A stretch of DNA of 64,000 nt from assembly GCA_012961035.1 (NCBI GenBank), contig DUAC01000093.1:48552-112551 (forward strand), read 5' to 3'. Below the pieces are notes generated by a model, which did no database searches, was not told the origin of the DNA, and saw nothing but the letters and a program-made list of their open reading frames with translations. The position numbers and the translations under genes are program-made. The DNA comes from Acidimicrobiia bacterium. Lineage in GTDB: Bacteria > Actinomycetota > Acidimicrobiia > Acidimicrobiales > MedAcidi-G1. Of the stretch, positions 55,008 through 63,473 are shown piece after piece; within the stretch, counting starts at the first letter, position 1, and each line of letters starts with the position of its first letter.

Positions 55008-55055
55008 ACCTTTACACGGCTTGACCGAACCTGACCAAACGGCGGACCCCTTCCA

Positions 55056-56117
55056 ATGCACGAAACCACCCCTCGGCGACCACACCGGCGACAGGGTCGG
55101 CGACTGGCTGCGATGGCAACGACCATCCTCCTGGTCCTCGGCCTGAGCGCTTCGACCACAGCCTGTGGCGGAGGCGACCCCGAGTCGCTGACCGTCTACT
55201 CCGGCCGCAGCGAGAAGCTCATCGGCCCGATCCTGGAGGCATTCACCGCTGACACCGGGATCGTCCTGGACGTGAGATACGGCTCGTCCAACGACCTGGC
55301 CCTGCTGCTGGCCGAGGAAGGCGACAAGTCGCCCGCCGACGTGTTCCTATCGCGCAGCCCCGGCCCCGCCGGCTTCCTTGACGACCTCGGCATGCTCGCC
55401 GGGATCGACGACGACATCCTGGACCGTGTGGCCGACGGCGACCACTCCCCCGATGGCACATGGGTCGGCTTCGCAGGCCGGGGCCGGGTACTCGTCTACA
55501 ACATCGACGAGGTGGACGCAGCCGACCTGCCCGATTCGGTGTTCGACCTGACCGGCCCCGAGTACCAGGGCCGGGTGGCCGTGCCGGGATCCAACTCCTC
55601 GTTCCAGGACTGGTTCACCCTGTTCCGCCTGCGCAACGGCGACGACGTGGCAATCGCCTGGTTGGATGACATGGTCGCCAACGGTTCCCGCTTCTACCCG
55701 AAGAACGGTGCCATCGTGGAGGCCGTCGGCCGCAACGAGATCCAGTTCGGCCTCGTGAACCACTACTACAACTTCCAGAAGGTGGCCGCCAACGGTGACG
55801 CCCAGCGCTCGGCCAACCACGGCTTCGCCCACGGCGACGACGGTGGCCTCATGATCATCGCCACTGCTGCGGTGATCGATTCCAGCGAAGAGAAGGACGC
55901 CGCCAACAAGCTCCTGGCCCACCTCCTCAGCGACGAGCAGCAGACCTACCTCACGGACAAGGTCTACGAGTACCCGTTGGCGCTCGGCGTGGAATCGGCG
56001 GACGTCCTCCCACCGGCTCCGACCGACCGGGTGGGCGCAGTGGACATCGACGACCTCGCCGCTGAGTTCAGGCGGACCATGGAGATCATCGAGGCCAGCG
56101 GCGTACTCGACCAGTAG
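55056..56117 (+). CDS. ABC transporter substrate-binding lipoprotein, ferric-iron (FbpA/AfuA)-like
   Basis: 353 aa. Signal peptide with lipobox-like LSASTTAC. VYSGRSEKLIGPILEAF... is typical of family-1 Fe(III)-type binding proteins. Confidence 0.8.
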   Translation: MHETTPRRPHRRQGRRLAAMATTILLVLGLSASTTACGGGDPESLTVYSGRSEKLIGPILEAFTADTGIVLDVRYGSSNDLALLLAEEGDKSPADVFLSRSPGPAGFLDDLGMLAGIDDDILDRVADGDHSPDGTWVGFAGRGRVLVYNIDEVDAADLPDSVFDLTGPEYQGRVAVPGSNSSFQDWFTLFRLRNGDDVAIAWLDDMVANGSRFYPKNGAIVEAVGRNEIQFGLVNHYYNFQKVAANGDAQRSANHGFAHGDDGGLMIIATAAVIDSSEEKDAANKLLAHLLSDEQQTYLTDKVYEYPLALGVESADVLPPAPTDRVGAVDIDDLAAEFRRTMEIIEASGVLDQ

Positions 56118-56131
56118 CCCAAGGAGCCACA

Positions 56132-57829
56132 GTGGCTGATCGACGACGGATCCGGCTCTGGCCCCATCGCGTCATGACGGCGAACGCCACCGATGCGCCA
56201 CGTACAGGGGTAGTCGGGCACCGGGCGGGTGTTCGACGACCCCCGAGAACCCTCACCGCCGCGGCCGTCGTCACCGCAGCCCTCTTCGCCCTGCCCGGCG
56301 GCTACGTGGTCTGGCGGGTCATGGGCGGTTCCGCATCACCGCTTGCCCTGCTGGCATCACGTGGAACCCTCGAACCCCTCTGGCGCACCATCCAGTTGGC
56401 GGCCCTCGTCTCGGCCTCCACAGCGGTACTGGGCACCGGCCTCGCATGGCTCACCACCCGAACCGACATTCCGATGCGCCGCCTCTGGCGAATCGTCGTA
56501 CCCCTCCCGCTCGTATACCCGAGCTTCGTTGGAGCCGCGGCCTTCATCTCCGGCCTGGCCCCGGGCGGAATCGTCCATGACCTGATCGGCTACCTCGGCG
56601 TCGACCTGACCACCCGCCTCCACGGCCTGACCGGATCCTGGCTGGTCCTGACGCTCTTCACGTATCCCTACGTGTACCTCCCCGTAGCCGCCCGCCTGAC
56701 TGCCCTACCCGGCGCGTTCGAGGAGAACGCCCGGCTACTGGGCGACGGACCCCGACGCGTGTTCGCCCGCGTGGTGCTGCCCCAGATCTGGTCGTCGATC
56801 GCCGCCGGGTCACTCCTCGTGTTCCTCTACACGGTCTCGGACTTCGGCGCCGTCCACCTGATGCGCTTCGAGACGCTCACCCAGACGATCTTCAGGACCC
56901 GACTGTTCGACCGTGACCGGTCGTTCACCATGGCCCTGCTGCTCCTGGTCCTGGCCCTCCTGGTGGTCGCAGCGGAACGCACCGTGTCGCGCTCCGGTCG
57001 ACGACGGGGAGCAGGGCTGGACACCGTGGGAGATCGGCGCTCCCTGACGGTTCCGTTGGGTCGATGGACCACTCCGGCACTGGCCGCCACCAGCTCGGTG
57101 GTCGGGCTGGCCCTTGTGGCCCCGGCGGTGTCGCTGGCCGACTGGGGCCTGTTCGGCTTCCTGCGTGCCCGCCAGGGCGGGATGCCCCTGCGACTCGACT
57201 GGCACGACGTGCTGGGTCCGACCTGGAACACCGTCTGGATCAGCGTGCTGACCGCCCTGGTCGCCACGGTCGTAGTGCTTCCCGTCGCCTACCTGGTGAC
57301 CCGCCACCGAAGCCGACTGGGCGAGGTGGTGAACGCCGTCGTGGTGGCCGGCTTCGCCATCCCGGGCCTCGTGGTGGCGCTCTCGATGATCTTCTGGACC
57401 ATGCACGCCTCGCCGTTCGAGTTCCTGATCGGCTCGATGCCGGTGCTGGTCTTCGCCTACGTGGTCCACTTCGGGGCCCAGGCGATGCGGACCGCCCAGG
57501 TGGCCGTCGGAACGGTCCCGCGACGCATGGACGACGCCGCCCGCCTGCTCGGCGCAGGCCGCCTACGACGCCTGGCCACGGTGGACCTGCCCCTCATGGC
57601 CCCGGGTCTGGCTGCCGGAGCGGGCCTCGTCATGCTCTCCACCATGAAGGAACTGCCCGCCACCCTCCTGGCCTCGCCCATCGGGTTCCGGACCCTCAGC
57701 ACCCAGATCTGGAACACGTACGAAGCACTGTTCCTGCCGGAGATGGCGATCCTGGCAATGGTCCTGTTGTGCATCAGCGCGGTGCTGACATGGCTTCTGG
57801 TGGTGCGCCAGAGCGAGCACCTTCGCTGA
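56132..57829 (+). CDS. ABC transporter permease, two-domain FbpB-like
   Basis: 565 aa, GTG start (ATG 56174 is an alternative). About 12 TM segments in two repeated permease halves. Confidence 0.85.
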   Translation: MADRRRIRLWPHRVMTANATDAPRTGVVGHRAGVRRPPRTLTAAAVVTAALFALPGGYVVWRVMGGSASPLALLASRGTLEPLWRTIQLAALVSASTAVLGTGLAWLTTRTDIPMRRLWRIVVPLPLVYPSFVGAAAFISGLAPGGIVHDLIGYLGVDLTTRLHGLTGSWLVLTLFTYPYVYLPVAARLTALPGAFEENARLLGDGPRRVFARVVLPQIWSSIAAGSLLVFLYTVSDFGAVHLMRFETLTQTIFRTRLFDRDRSFTMALLLLVLALLVVAAERTVSRSGRRRGAGLDTVGDRRSLTVPLGRWTTPALAATSSVVGLALVAPAVSLADWGLFGFLRARQGGMPLRLDWHDVLGPTWNTVWISVLTALVATVVVLPVAYLVTRHRSRLGEVVNAVVVAGFAIPGLVVALSMIFWTMHASPFEFLIGSMPVLVFAYVVHFGAQAMRTAQVAVGTVPRRMDDAARLLGAGRLRRLATVDLPLMAPGLAAGAGLVMLSTMKELPATLLASPIGFRTLSTQIWNTYEALFLPEMAILAMVLLCISAVLTWLLVVRQSEHLR

Positions 57830-57837
57830 AACCGACC

Positions 57838-57902
57838 GACCACCCACGATCCACACCGACATCGCTCCGCCGACCATCGAGCGACGTGGATCCGGTGGGT
57901 CG
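57838..57902. terminator. Imperfect long inverted repeat between the convergent permease and DtxR-family genes
   Basis: GACCACCCACGATCCAC (57838-57854) pairs with GTGGATCCGGTGGGTCG (57886-57902) with two bulges and a ~31-nt loop. Confidence 0.25.
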
Positions 57903-57910
57903 TCCGGGGA

Positions 57911-58576
57911 TCAGCGGGTGGTGACGAGGATCCGATCAGCTGCGAATGGATCGACGGCCACGGAATGACCGCCTATCTGGATCGTGACCGTGCCATCGGC
58001 TGCTGCTGTCACCGAACCGGTCTCGCCGGGCATCAGGCTCGACTTCTCGAGGAATTCCAGCAGGCCGTCGGTGAACTCCAACTCCTCCGGAATCCGACTC
58101 ACCGTGAACGACTCGCCCACCCTGACATCGCTCAGGTGACGGGTGTCCGGCTCGCTGTAGGAACTCCCGGGAATCGGGTTTCCGTGAGGGCAGGTCGTCG
58201 GCTGGCCCAGCAGGCGGTCCAGCGCCACCTCCACCGCCGGTGAGATCACATGCTCCCACCTGCCGGCCTCATGGTGCGCCTCGGTCCACGAGAGGCCCAG
58301 GACGTCCGTCAGGAACCGCTCGGCCAAGCGGTGTCGACGCACCACCGAGGTGGCCAGGGTCCGCCCATCATCGGTGAGGAGGATCACGTGGTCGTCACTG
58401 GTGACCAGGCCCTCCTTCTCGAGGCGCTTGACCATTTCTGACACCGCCGGCCGGCTCACCTCGAGCCGATCCGCGATCCGGGCCTGGATGACGTCGAGAT
58501 CGTCCTCGTCAAGTTCGAAGATCGTCTCGCAGTATTCCTCGAAGGCCGGATGGAATTCCGGCGTCTCGTATGCCAC
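57911..58576 (-). CDS. DtxR/IdeR-family metal-dependent transcriptional regulator with C-terminal SH3-like (FeoA) domain
   Basis: 221 aa, GTG start. QARIADRLEVSRPAVSEMVKRLEKEGLV HTH. RRHRLAERFLTDVLGLSWTEAHHEAGRWEHV aligns to IdeR [31 protein letters not shown]. Confidence 0.9.
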   Translation of the reverse strand: MAYETPEFHPAFEEYCETIFELDEDDLDVIQARIADRLEVSRPAVSEMVKRLEKEGLVTSDDHVILLTDDGRTLATSVVRRHRLAERFLTDVLGLSWTEAHHEAGRWEHVISPAVEVALDRLLGQPTTCPHGNPIPGSSYSEPDTRHLSDVRVGESFTVSRIPEELEFTDGLLEFLEKSSLMPGETGSVTAAADGTVTIQIGGHSVAVDPFAADRILVTTR

Positions 58577-58627
58577 GGCCCGAGTCTAGGCAAGGTCGCC
58601 GACACGGCATCCTGGCGACGACCGAGA

Positions 58628-58684
58628 TGCCGGCTTCAGGCCCTCAGATGCAGGCATCCGGCCCCGTGTGCCGGCTTCAGGCCC
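58628..58684. repeat. 16-bp direct repeat; one copy spans the SDR stop codon
   Basis: tgccggcttcaggccc at 58628-58643 and 58669-58684, 41 bp apart. The second copy contains the TGA (58677-58679, minus strand) of the SDR gene. Confidence 0.7.
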
Positions 58685-59663
58685 CCCAGGGGAACCCGAC
58701 CAGGTCCTCGCTGGCGGCCCACAGGTCAGCGGCCATCCCATCATCCAGGATCCACGGTGAGATCCCACGACCACCCGGGCCGCTACCCGGCTCGCCCTCG
58801 GGCACCCCCAGTTGGCAGTCGCCCAGATAGGCGCCACCGTGTGAGTCCAACTCGGGAGCAGTAGCCGCCCACACGCTGGTGGCCGCCCCGGCCTCCACCG
58901 ATTTCGGCGTCATCCCGGAGGTGTCCACCGCTGCCGATATCTGGGCCCTGCGGCGTTCCTTGAGCCGTTCGTAGGCCGCCTCGTCAAGGTGCCTGCTCAA
59001 CCCGGTCATGATCACGCCCGGGTGGACGGCGAGGGCCCGCACGCCACGCCCGCCGACCCTGCGGTCCAACTCGCGGGCGAACAGGGCGTTGGCCGACTTG
59101 GACTGGCCGTATGCGGCCCAGCCCTCGTAGTCGCGGCGCTCGAACATGAGGTCGTCCAGGTCGATACCGCAGATCCCGTGGGCTCCCGACGAGAGGCACA
59201 CGACCCTCGACGGCGCAGCCGCGCTGAGTGCCGGCAGGAGGAGGCCGGTGAGCAGGAAGTGGCCGAGGTGGTTGACGCCGAACTGCTGCTCGAAGCCGTC
59301 GGCCGTGGTGCCCAGTGGGGTGCACATGATCCCGGCGTTGTTGACGAGCACATGGAGGTCACGGTGGTCTCCCAGGAACCCCTCGGCGAAGGCCCTCACC
59401 GAGGCCAGCGAGGCCAGGTCCAGGTCACGGACCTCCAGGTCGGCATCGGGATGCCTGTCCCTGATCCGTGACGCGGCCGCCCCGGTCTTCTCCGGACTCC
59501 TGGCTGCCATGACCACGGACGCACCGGCAGCAGCCAGCGCACGCGCCGTCTCCTCGCCCAGCCCACCGGAGGCTCCGGTGACCAGCATCCGGCGACCTGA
59601 CAGGTCGACCCCTGCCAGCACCTCGTCCGTAGTGGTATCCCGTCCCCAGTCGCCCATCAGCAT
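58677..59663 (-). CDS. SDR-family oxidoreductase
   Basis: ORF 58677..60143, start ATG 59663 (MLMGDWGRD...). VTGASGGLG and YGQSK motifs. The upstream 160 aa of the ORF is Arg/Pro-rich and antisense to the thiolase-like gene. Confidence 0.85.
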   Translation of the reverse strand: MLMGDWGRDTTTDEVLAGVDLSGRRMLVTGASGGLGEETARALAAAGASVVMAARSPEKTGAAASRIRDRHPDADLEVRDLDLASLASVRAFAEGFLGDHRDLHVLVNNAGIMCTPLGTTADGFEQQFGVNHLGHFLLTGLLLPALSAAAPSRVVCLSSGAHGICGIDLDDLMFERRDYEGWAAYGQSKSANALFARELDRRVGGRGVRALAVHPGVIMTGLSRHLDEAAYERLKERRRAQISAAVDTSGMTPKSVEAGAATSVWAATAPELDSHGGAYLGDCQLGVPEGEPGSGPGGRGISPWILDDGMAADLWAASEDLVGFPWGA

Positions 59664-59832
59664 CTCCCGGTCGTTCACTACCGTCTCCCTACAACCCAGC
59701 TCCACCAGCCGACACCGCCCTCGGGTGGCACGCTCCACCCGAAGCCACGAAACCAGACGATCCGGGGCTCCGCGGTGCGACGATAGGCGACCCGGTTCGG
59801 TCGGTCGCCACCGCGGGGGCGATGATGGCCCG

Positions 59833-61317
59833 GTGACCCTCGACCCCAGCACCCCGGTGATCATCGGCGTAGCCCAGGTAACCGACCGGGTGGGCGACCC
59901 GGAGGTCGCCCGGACACCCGTGGAGCTCATGACCGATGCGCTGCGCAGCGCCGCCATCGACGCCGGAGCGCCGGCCGCCCTCGCCGGGCTGGACCTCGTG
60001 GCTGCGGTCGGTGGCATGTGGCGATACCGGGACCCGGGCCGACAGGTGGCGACGGCCGTCGGGGCCGACGCCGCCGCAACGCTCCTGACCGGCCTCTCGG
60101 GCACGTCCCCGCAACGCCTGCTGGACCGCCTGGCGTCGAGCATCGCCGCCGGTCACCTGGAGGCCGCCGCCATGGTCGGCGGCGAGGCGTTCCGGTCCCG
60201 GCGAAGGGCACGGCGTCTGGGCGTGGAGGTGAGACGCGACGCCGACGCGGACCTGGACCCCGCCGAGCGCTACGAGGGCGCCCTCGACATGGCCACCGAA
60301 CACGAGATGGGGCGTGGCGTGGTGGAACCCGGCGTGGTCTACCCGCTGTTCGAGACCGCCATACGACACTCCCGGGGCGAGTCCGTAGCCGAGCACCGGA
60401 ACCGGATCGGCGCCCTCTGGGCCGGGTTCAATACCGTGGCCGTGGAGAACCCACACGCCGCTGTCCGGACACCCATGACCGCCACGGAGATCACCACGCC
60501 GTCCCGGGACAACCGGATGGTCGCAGCGCCGTACACGAAGGCGATGATGGCCAACAACAACGTCGACCAGGCCTCCGCCGTGCTGATCGTCTCGGCCGCC
60601 AGGGCTGCGGCCCTGGGCGTACCCCGGGACCGCTGGGTGTTCCCCCTGGTCGGGACGAAGGCGGACGACGAAGCATCGCCGGGAGCCCGCCACGACCTCC
60701 ACCGGTCGCCCGCCGCCCGTGCCGCCGGGAGCCTGGCGTTCGAACTGGCCGGGACCGACCTGGACGAGGTCGACCACCTGGACATCTACGCCTGCTTCCC
60801 CGCCTCCGTGCAGGTCTGTGCCCTGGAGCTGGGCCTGGACCTGGACGGCCCATCGGACCGGCCCCTCACCGTCACCGGGGGCCTCACCTTCGCCGGCGCC
60901 CCCCACAGCAACTCCGTCGGCCAGTCCCTGGCAGCCATGGTGGGGAGGCTCAGGGAGAAGCCGGGCACGGGGCTCGTCTACGGCAACGGCGGCTACCTGG
61001 GCAAGCACGCCTTCGGCCTCTACGGCACAGAGCCACCGGCCGCCGGCTACAGGACGGCGACCGCCGAGGTGGACCTCGCAGCCACCCCCAGCCGGACCCC
61101 GGATCCGGACTTCGCAGGTCGAGCCACCATTGACGGGTACTCCGTCTCGCATGACCGCGAGGGCAGCCCCACGCGCGCCCTGGTTTCAATGCTCACGACC
61201 TCGGGTTCTCGGGTGTGGGGTGGCACCACCGACCCTGCCACGCTTGACGCAATGGTCGTCGAGGAGTTCGTGGGCCGAGAAGTCGAGCTGGACCCCGACG
61301 GCCTCGTATCCGTCTGA
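59833..61317 (+). CDS. Thiolase-like protein (TLP1-like, apparently lacking catalytic cysteines) with extra C-terminal domain
   Basis: ORF 59146..61317, start taken at GTG 59833 (MTLDPSTPVIIGVAQ). Thiolase-fold sequence (GGLTFAGAPHSNSVG, YGNGGYLG) plus an ~80-aa C-terminal extension. Confidence 0.75.
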   Translation: MTLDPSTPVIIGVAQVTDRVGDPEVARTPVELMTDALRSAAIDAGAPAALAGLDLVAAVGGMWRYRDPGRQVATAVGADAAATLLTGLSGTSPQRLLDRLASSIAAGHLEAAAMVGGEAFRSRRRARRLGVEVRRDADADLDPAERYEGALDMATEHEMGRGVVEPGVVYPLFETAIRHSRGESVAEHRNRIGALWAGFNTVAVENPHAAVRTPMTATEITTPSRDNRMVAAPYTKAMMANNNVDQASAVLIVSAARAAALGVPRDRWVFPLVGTKADDEASPGARHDLHRSPAARAAGSLAFELAGTDLDEVDHLDIYACFPASVQVCALELGLDLDGPSDRPLTVTGGLTFAGAPHSNSVGQSLAAMVGRLREKPGTGLVYGNGGYLGKHAFGLYGTEPPAAGYRTATAEVDLAATPSRTPDPDFAGRATIDGYSVSHDREGSPTRALVSMLTTSGSRVWGGTTDPATLDAMVVEEFVGREVELDPDGLVSV

Positions 61318-61365
61318 ACACGACCAACCCATGGACCCGACCCACGCGATGAACAGGACCAACCC

Positions 61366-62496
61366 ATGAAGACGCCGATCACCGAGATGTTCGACATCGA
61401 GTTCCCGATCGTGGCCTTCAGCCACTGCCGCGACGTCATCGCCGCAGTCTCCAAGGCGGGGGGCATGGGGGTGCTCGGCGCGGTCGCCCACAGCAACGAG
61501 GCGCTCGAGACGGACCTGGCGTGGATCGAGGACGAGATCGGAGACCGGCCGTACGGCGTCGACCTGATCGTCCCCGCCCGGTATTCAGGATCCGAGGAGG
61601 GCGGCCTGCAGGTGGCCGACCTGCTGGCGGCGGTTCCCGGCATCCATCAGGACTTCCTGGACGAACTCCTGGAGCGTTACGGGGTACCGGAGAACCCCGA
61701 CGCCAGCGGGTGGGCAGACCGAACCGGTGATGCGCCGTTCTCAGCCAACCGGGCCAGCCACCAGATGGACATCGCCCTGGCACACAGTCCATCGCTTCTG
61801 GTCAACGCACTCGGGCCGCCTCCGGCCGAGATGATCCAACGGTGCAGGGAGGCCGGTGTGAAGGTCGCAGCCCTCGCCGGTACCACGGTCCACGCCGAGC
61901 GCAACGTGGCCGCAGGTGTCGACATAATCATCGCCCAGGGCACGGAGGGCGGTGGCCACACAGGTCAGATCGGCTCCATGGTCCTGCTACCCGAGGTGGT
62001 CGATGCCGTCCACCCGGTCCCGGTCCTGGGAGCAGGCGGAATAGGCCGGGGGCGCCAGATGGCCGCTGCCATGGCCCTGGGTGCCGCTGGCGTGTGGTGC
62101 GGCTCGGTGTGGCTCACCACCAATGAGGCTGAGACCCATCCGGTCGTGAAGGCGAAGATGCTGACCGCCACCTCGACGGACACGCTGCGTTCCCGGTCGA
62201 TCACCGGAAAGCCGGCACGGATGCTCCGCAGCGCCTGGACCGACGAATGGGACCGCTCCGATACCCCCGATCCGCTCGGTATGCCGCTCCAGAACCTCTT
62301 CACCAGTTCGGCGCTGGACCGCATCAACCGTGCCGCCCACCACGAGGGTTCCGGCGCCGAGGACCTCGCCACCTACTTCGTGGGACAGATCGTCGGCGAC
62401 ATGAACCGCTCGAAGGGTGCCGGACAGGTTGTCATCGACATGGTCGAGGAGTTCATCGACGCCGCCCAGGCGGTCGCCGCCCAACTCGAGTTCTGA
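61366..62496 (+). CDS. Nitronate monooxygenase / 2-nitropropane dioxygenase family FMN enzyme
   Basis: 376 aa. IIAQGTEGGGHTG motif and TIM-barrel NMO-like sequence. Confidence 0.85.
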   Translation: MKTPITEMFDIEFPIVAFSHCRDVIAAVSKAGGMGVLGAVAHSNEALETDLAWIEDEIGDRPYGVDLIVPARYSGSEEGGLQVADLLAAVPGIHQDFLDELLERYGVPENPDASGWADRTGDAPFSANRASHQMDIALAHSPSLLVNALGPPPAEMIQRCREAGVKVAALAGTTVHAERNVAAGVDIIIAQGTEGGGHTGQIGSMVLLPEVVDAVHPVPVLGAGGIGRGRQMAAAMALGAAGVWCGSVWLTTNEAETHPVVKAKMLTATSTDTLRSRSITGKPARMLRSAWTDEWDRSDTPDPLGMPLQNLFTSSALDRINRAAHHEGSGAEDLATYFVGQIVGDMNRSKGAGQVVIDMVEEFIDAAQAVAAQLEF

Positions 62497-62549
62497 GCGA
62501 GGGCTGAGTCGGCGGACGGGGATCGACCACCGTCCCGGACGCCCGGGCA

Positions 62550-63404
62550 TCAGGTCCCGACGCTGATCCGATCCAGGTCGTCGGGCAGCAGGATCTCTCC
62601 GTCGAAGTGCTCGGCGGCCATCGCCAACCAGGCGTTGCGACCGTTGGGCCCGTCGGGATCTGGTCCCGGGGCCGGCACGCAGTGGTTCAGGACGAGGGTT
62701 CCGACGCCGGCCCTGGTGGCGGTCCGGGCCGCATCGGCCACCGACGAGTGGTAGTCGAGGACGTCCTGGAGTCGCTTCAGAGGACTGTTCCGGATCAGGT
62801 CGTCGCGCACCACGGTCTGCACGTATACGTCAGCCCCGGCGCACAGCAGGTCCAGTCCCGCACACGGCACCGTGTCGCCTGCCAGCACCACCGAACACCC
62901 GTCGGCCTCCACCCGGTAGGCCACCGTCGGATGCACCGGCCTGTGGTCCGTGGGGGTGGTGATGATCCGCACGCCGTCATCCAGCACGACCTCGCCCTCG
63001 ACATCGGTCGTCTCGGTGACGGGAACCTCCGGGCCCGTGACCAGGTCTTCGTGGTGGGCCACCCGCCAGCCGATGTCGGACCCCAGCATCCGGAGCATGT
63101 CGTCCACGAAGCGCTGCGTACCCGCCGGCCCCACCACCAGAAGGGGCAACGGCGGAAAGCCTGTGATCCACCGGGTCGTGATGACGTCGTTCACGTCGGT
63201 GACGTGGTCACTGTGGAGGTGCGTGAGGAACAGGCGCTCGATCTGTGCCGGCCCCACCCCCGCCGCGGCGAGGCGCATCAGGCAGCCCCGGCCCGCATCG
63301 AACAGGAACCAGCGACCGTCCACGCCGACGAGCTGCGACGGCCCGGCACGGCTGGCATCGGGCAGGGGACTCCCCGTACCCACCATCACCAGCTCCAGGG
63401 CCAC
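62550..63404 (-). CDS. MBL-fold metallo-hydrolase (RNase Z-like subgroup)
   Basis: 284 aa, GTG start with GAGGG upstream. HLHSDH (HxHxDH) motif. Confidence 0.85.
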   Translation of the reverse strand: MALELVMVGTGSPLPDASRAGPSQLVGVDGRWFLFDAGRGCLMRLAAAGVGPAQIERLFLTHLHSDHVTDVNDVITTRWITGFPPLPLLVVGPAGTQRFVDDMLRMLGSDIGWRVAHHEDLVTGPEVPVTETTDVEGEVVLDDGVRIITTPTDHRPVHPTVAYRVEADGCSVVLAGDTVPCAGLDLLCAGADVYVQTVVRDDLIRNSPLKRLQDVLDYHSSVADAARTATRAGVGTLVLNHCVPAPGPDPDGPNGRNAWLAMAAEHFDGEILLPDDLDRISVGT

Positions 63405-63435
63405 CTACCGAACCCTCCCGGGCCTGTTGTCAGCG

Positions 63436-63473
63436 CTCAACTCGTACCGCCTCAACTCGTACCGCCTCAACTG
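63436..63473. repeat. 15-bp tandem repeat (2.5 copies); the last copy overlaps the SDR stop codon
   Basis: ctcaactcgtaccgc at 63436-63450 and 63451-63465, then a partial copy ctcaactg at 63466-63473 that contains the TGA (63467-63469, minus strand). Confidence 0.85.

Noticed and set aside
59664-60143. Long N-terminal extensions implied by the ORF track. Examples: the SDR ORF up to 60143, glpX ORF from 1559, dus ORF from 50535, atpH ORF up to 8397, mutA up to 44710.
   Set aside because: The upstream portions are compositionally aberrant and overlap neighbouring genes. Internal ATG/GTG starts give N-termini that match the family consensus and sensible gene spacing. In particular, atpH is not a b-delta fusion, because atpF is in a different frame.
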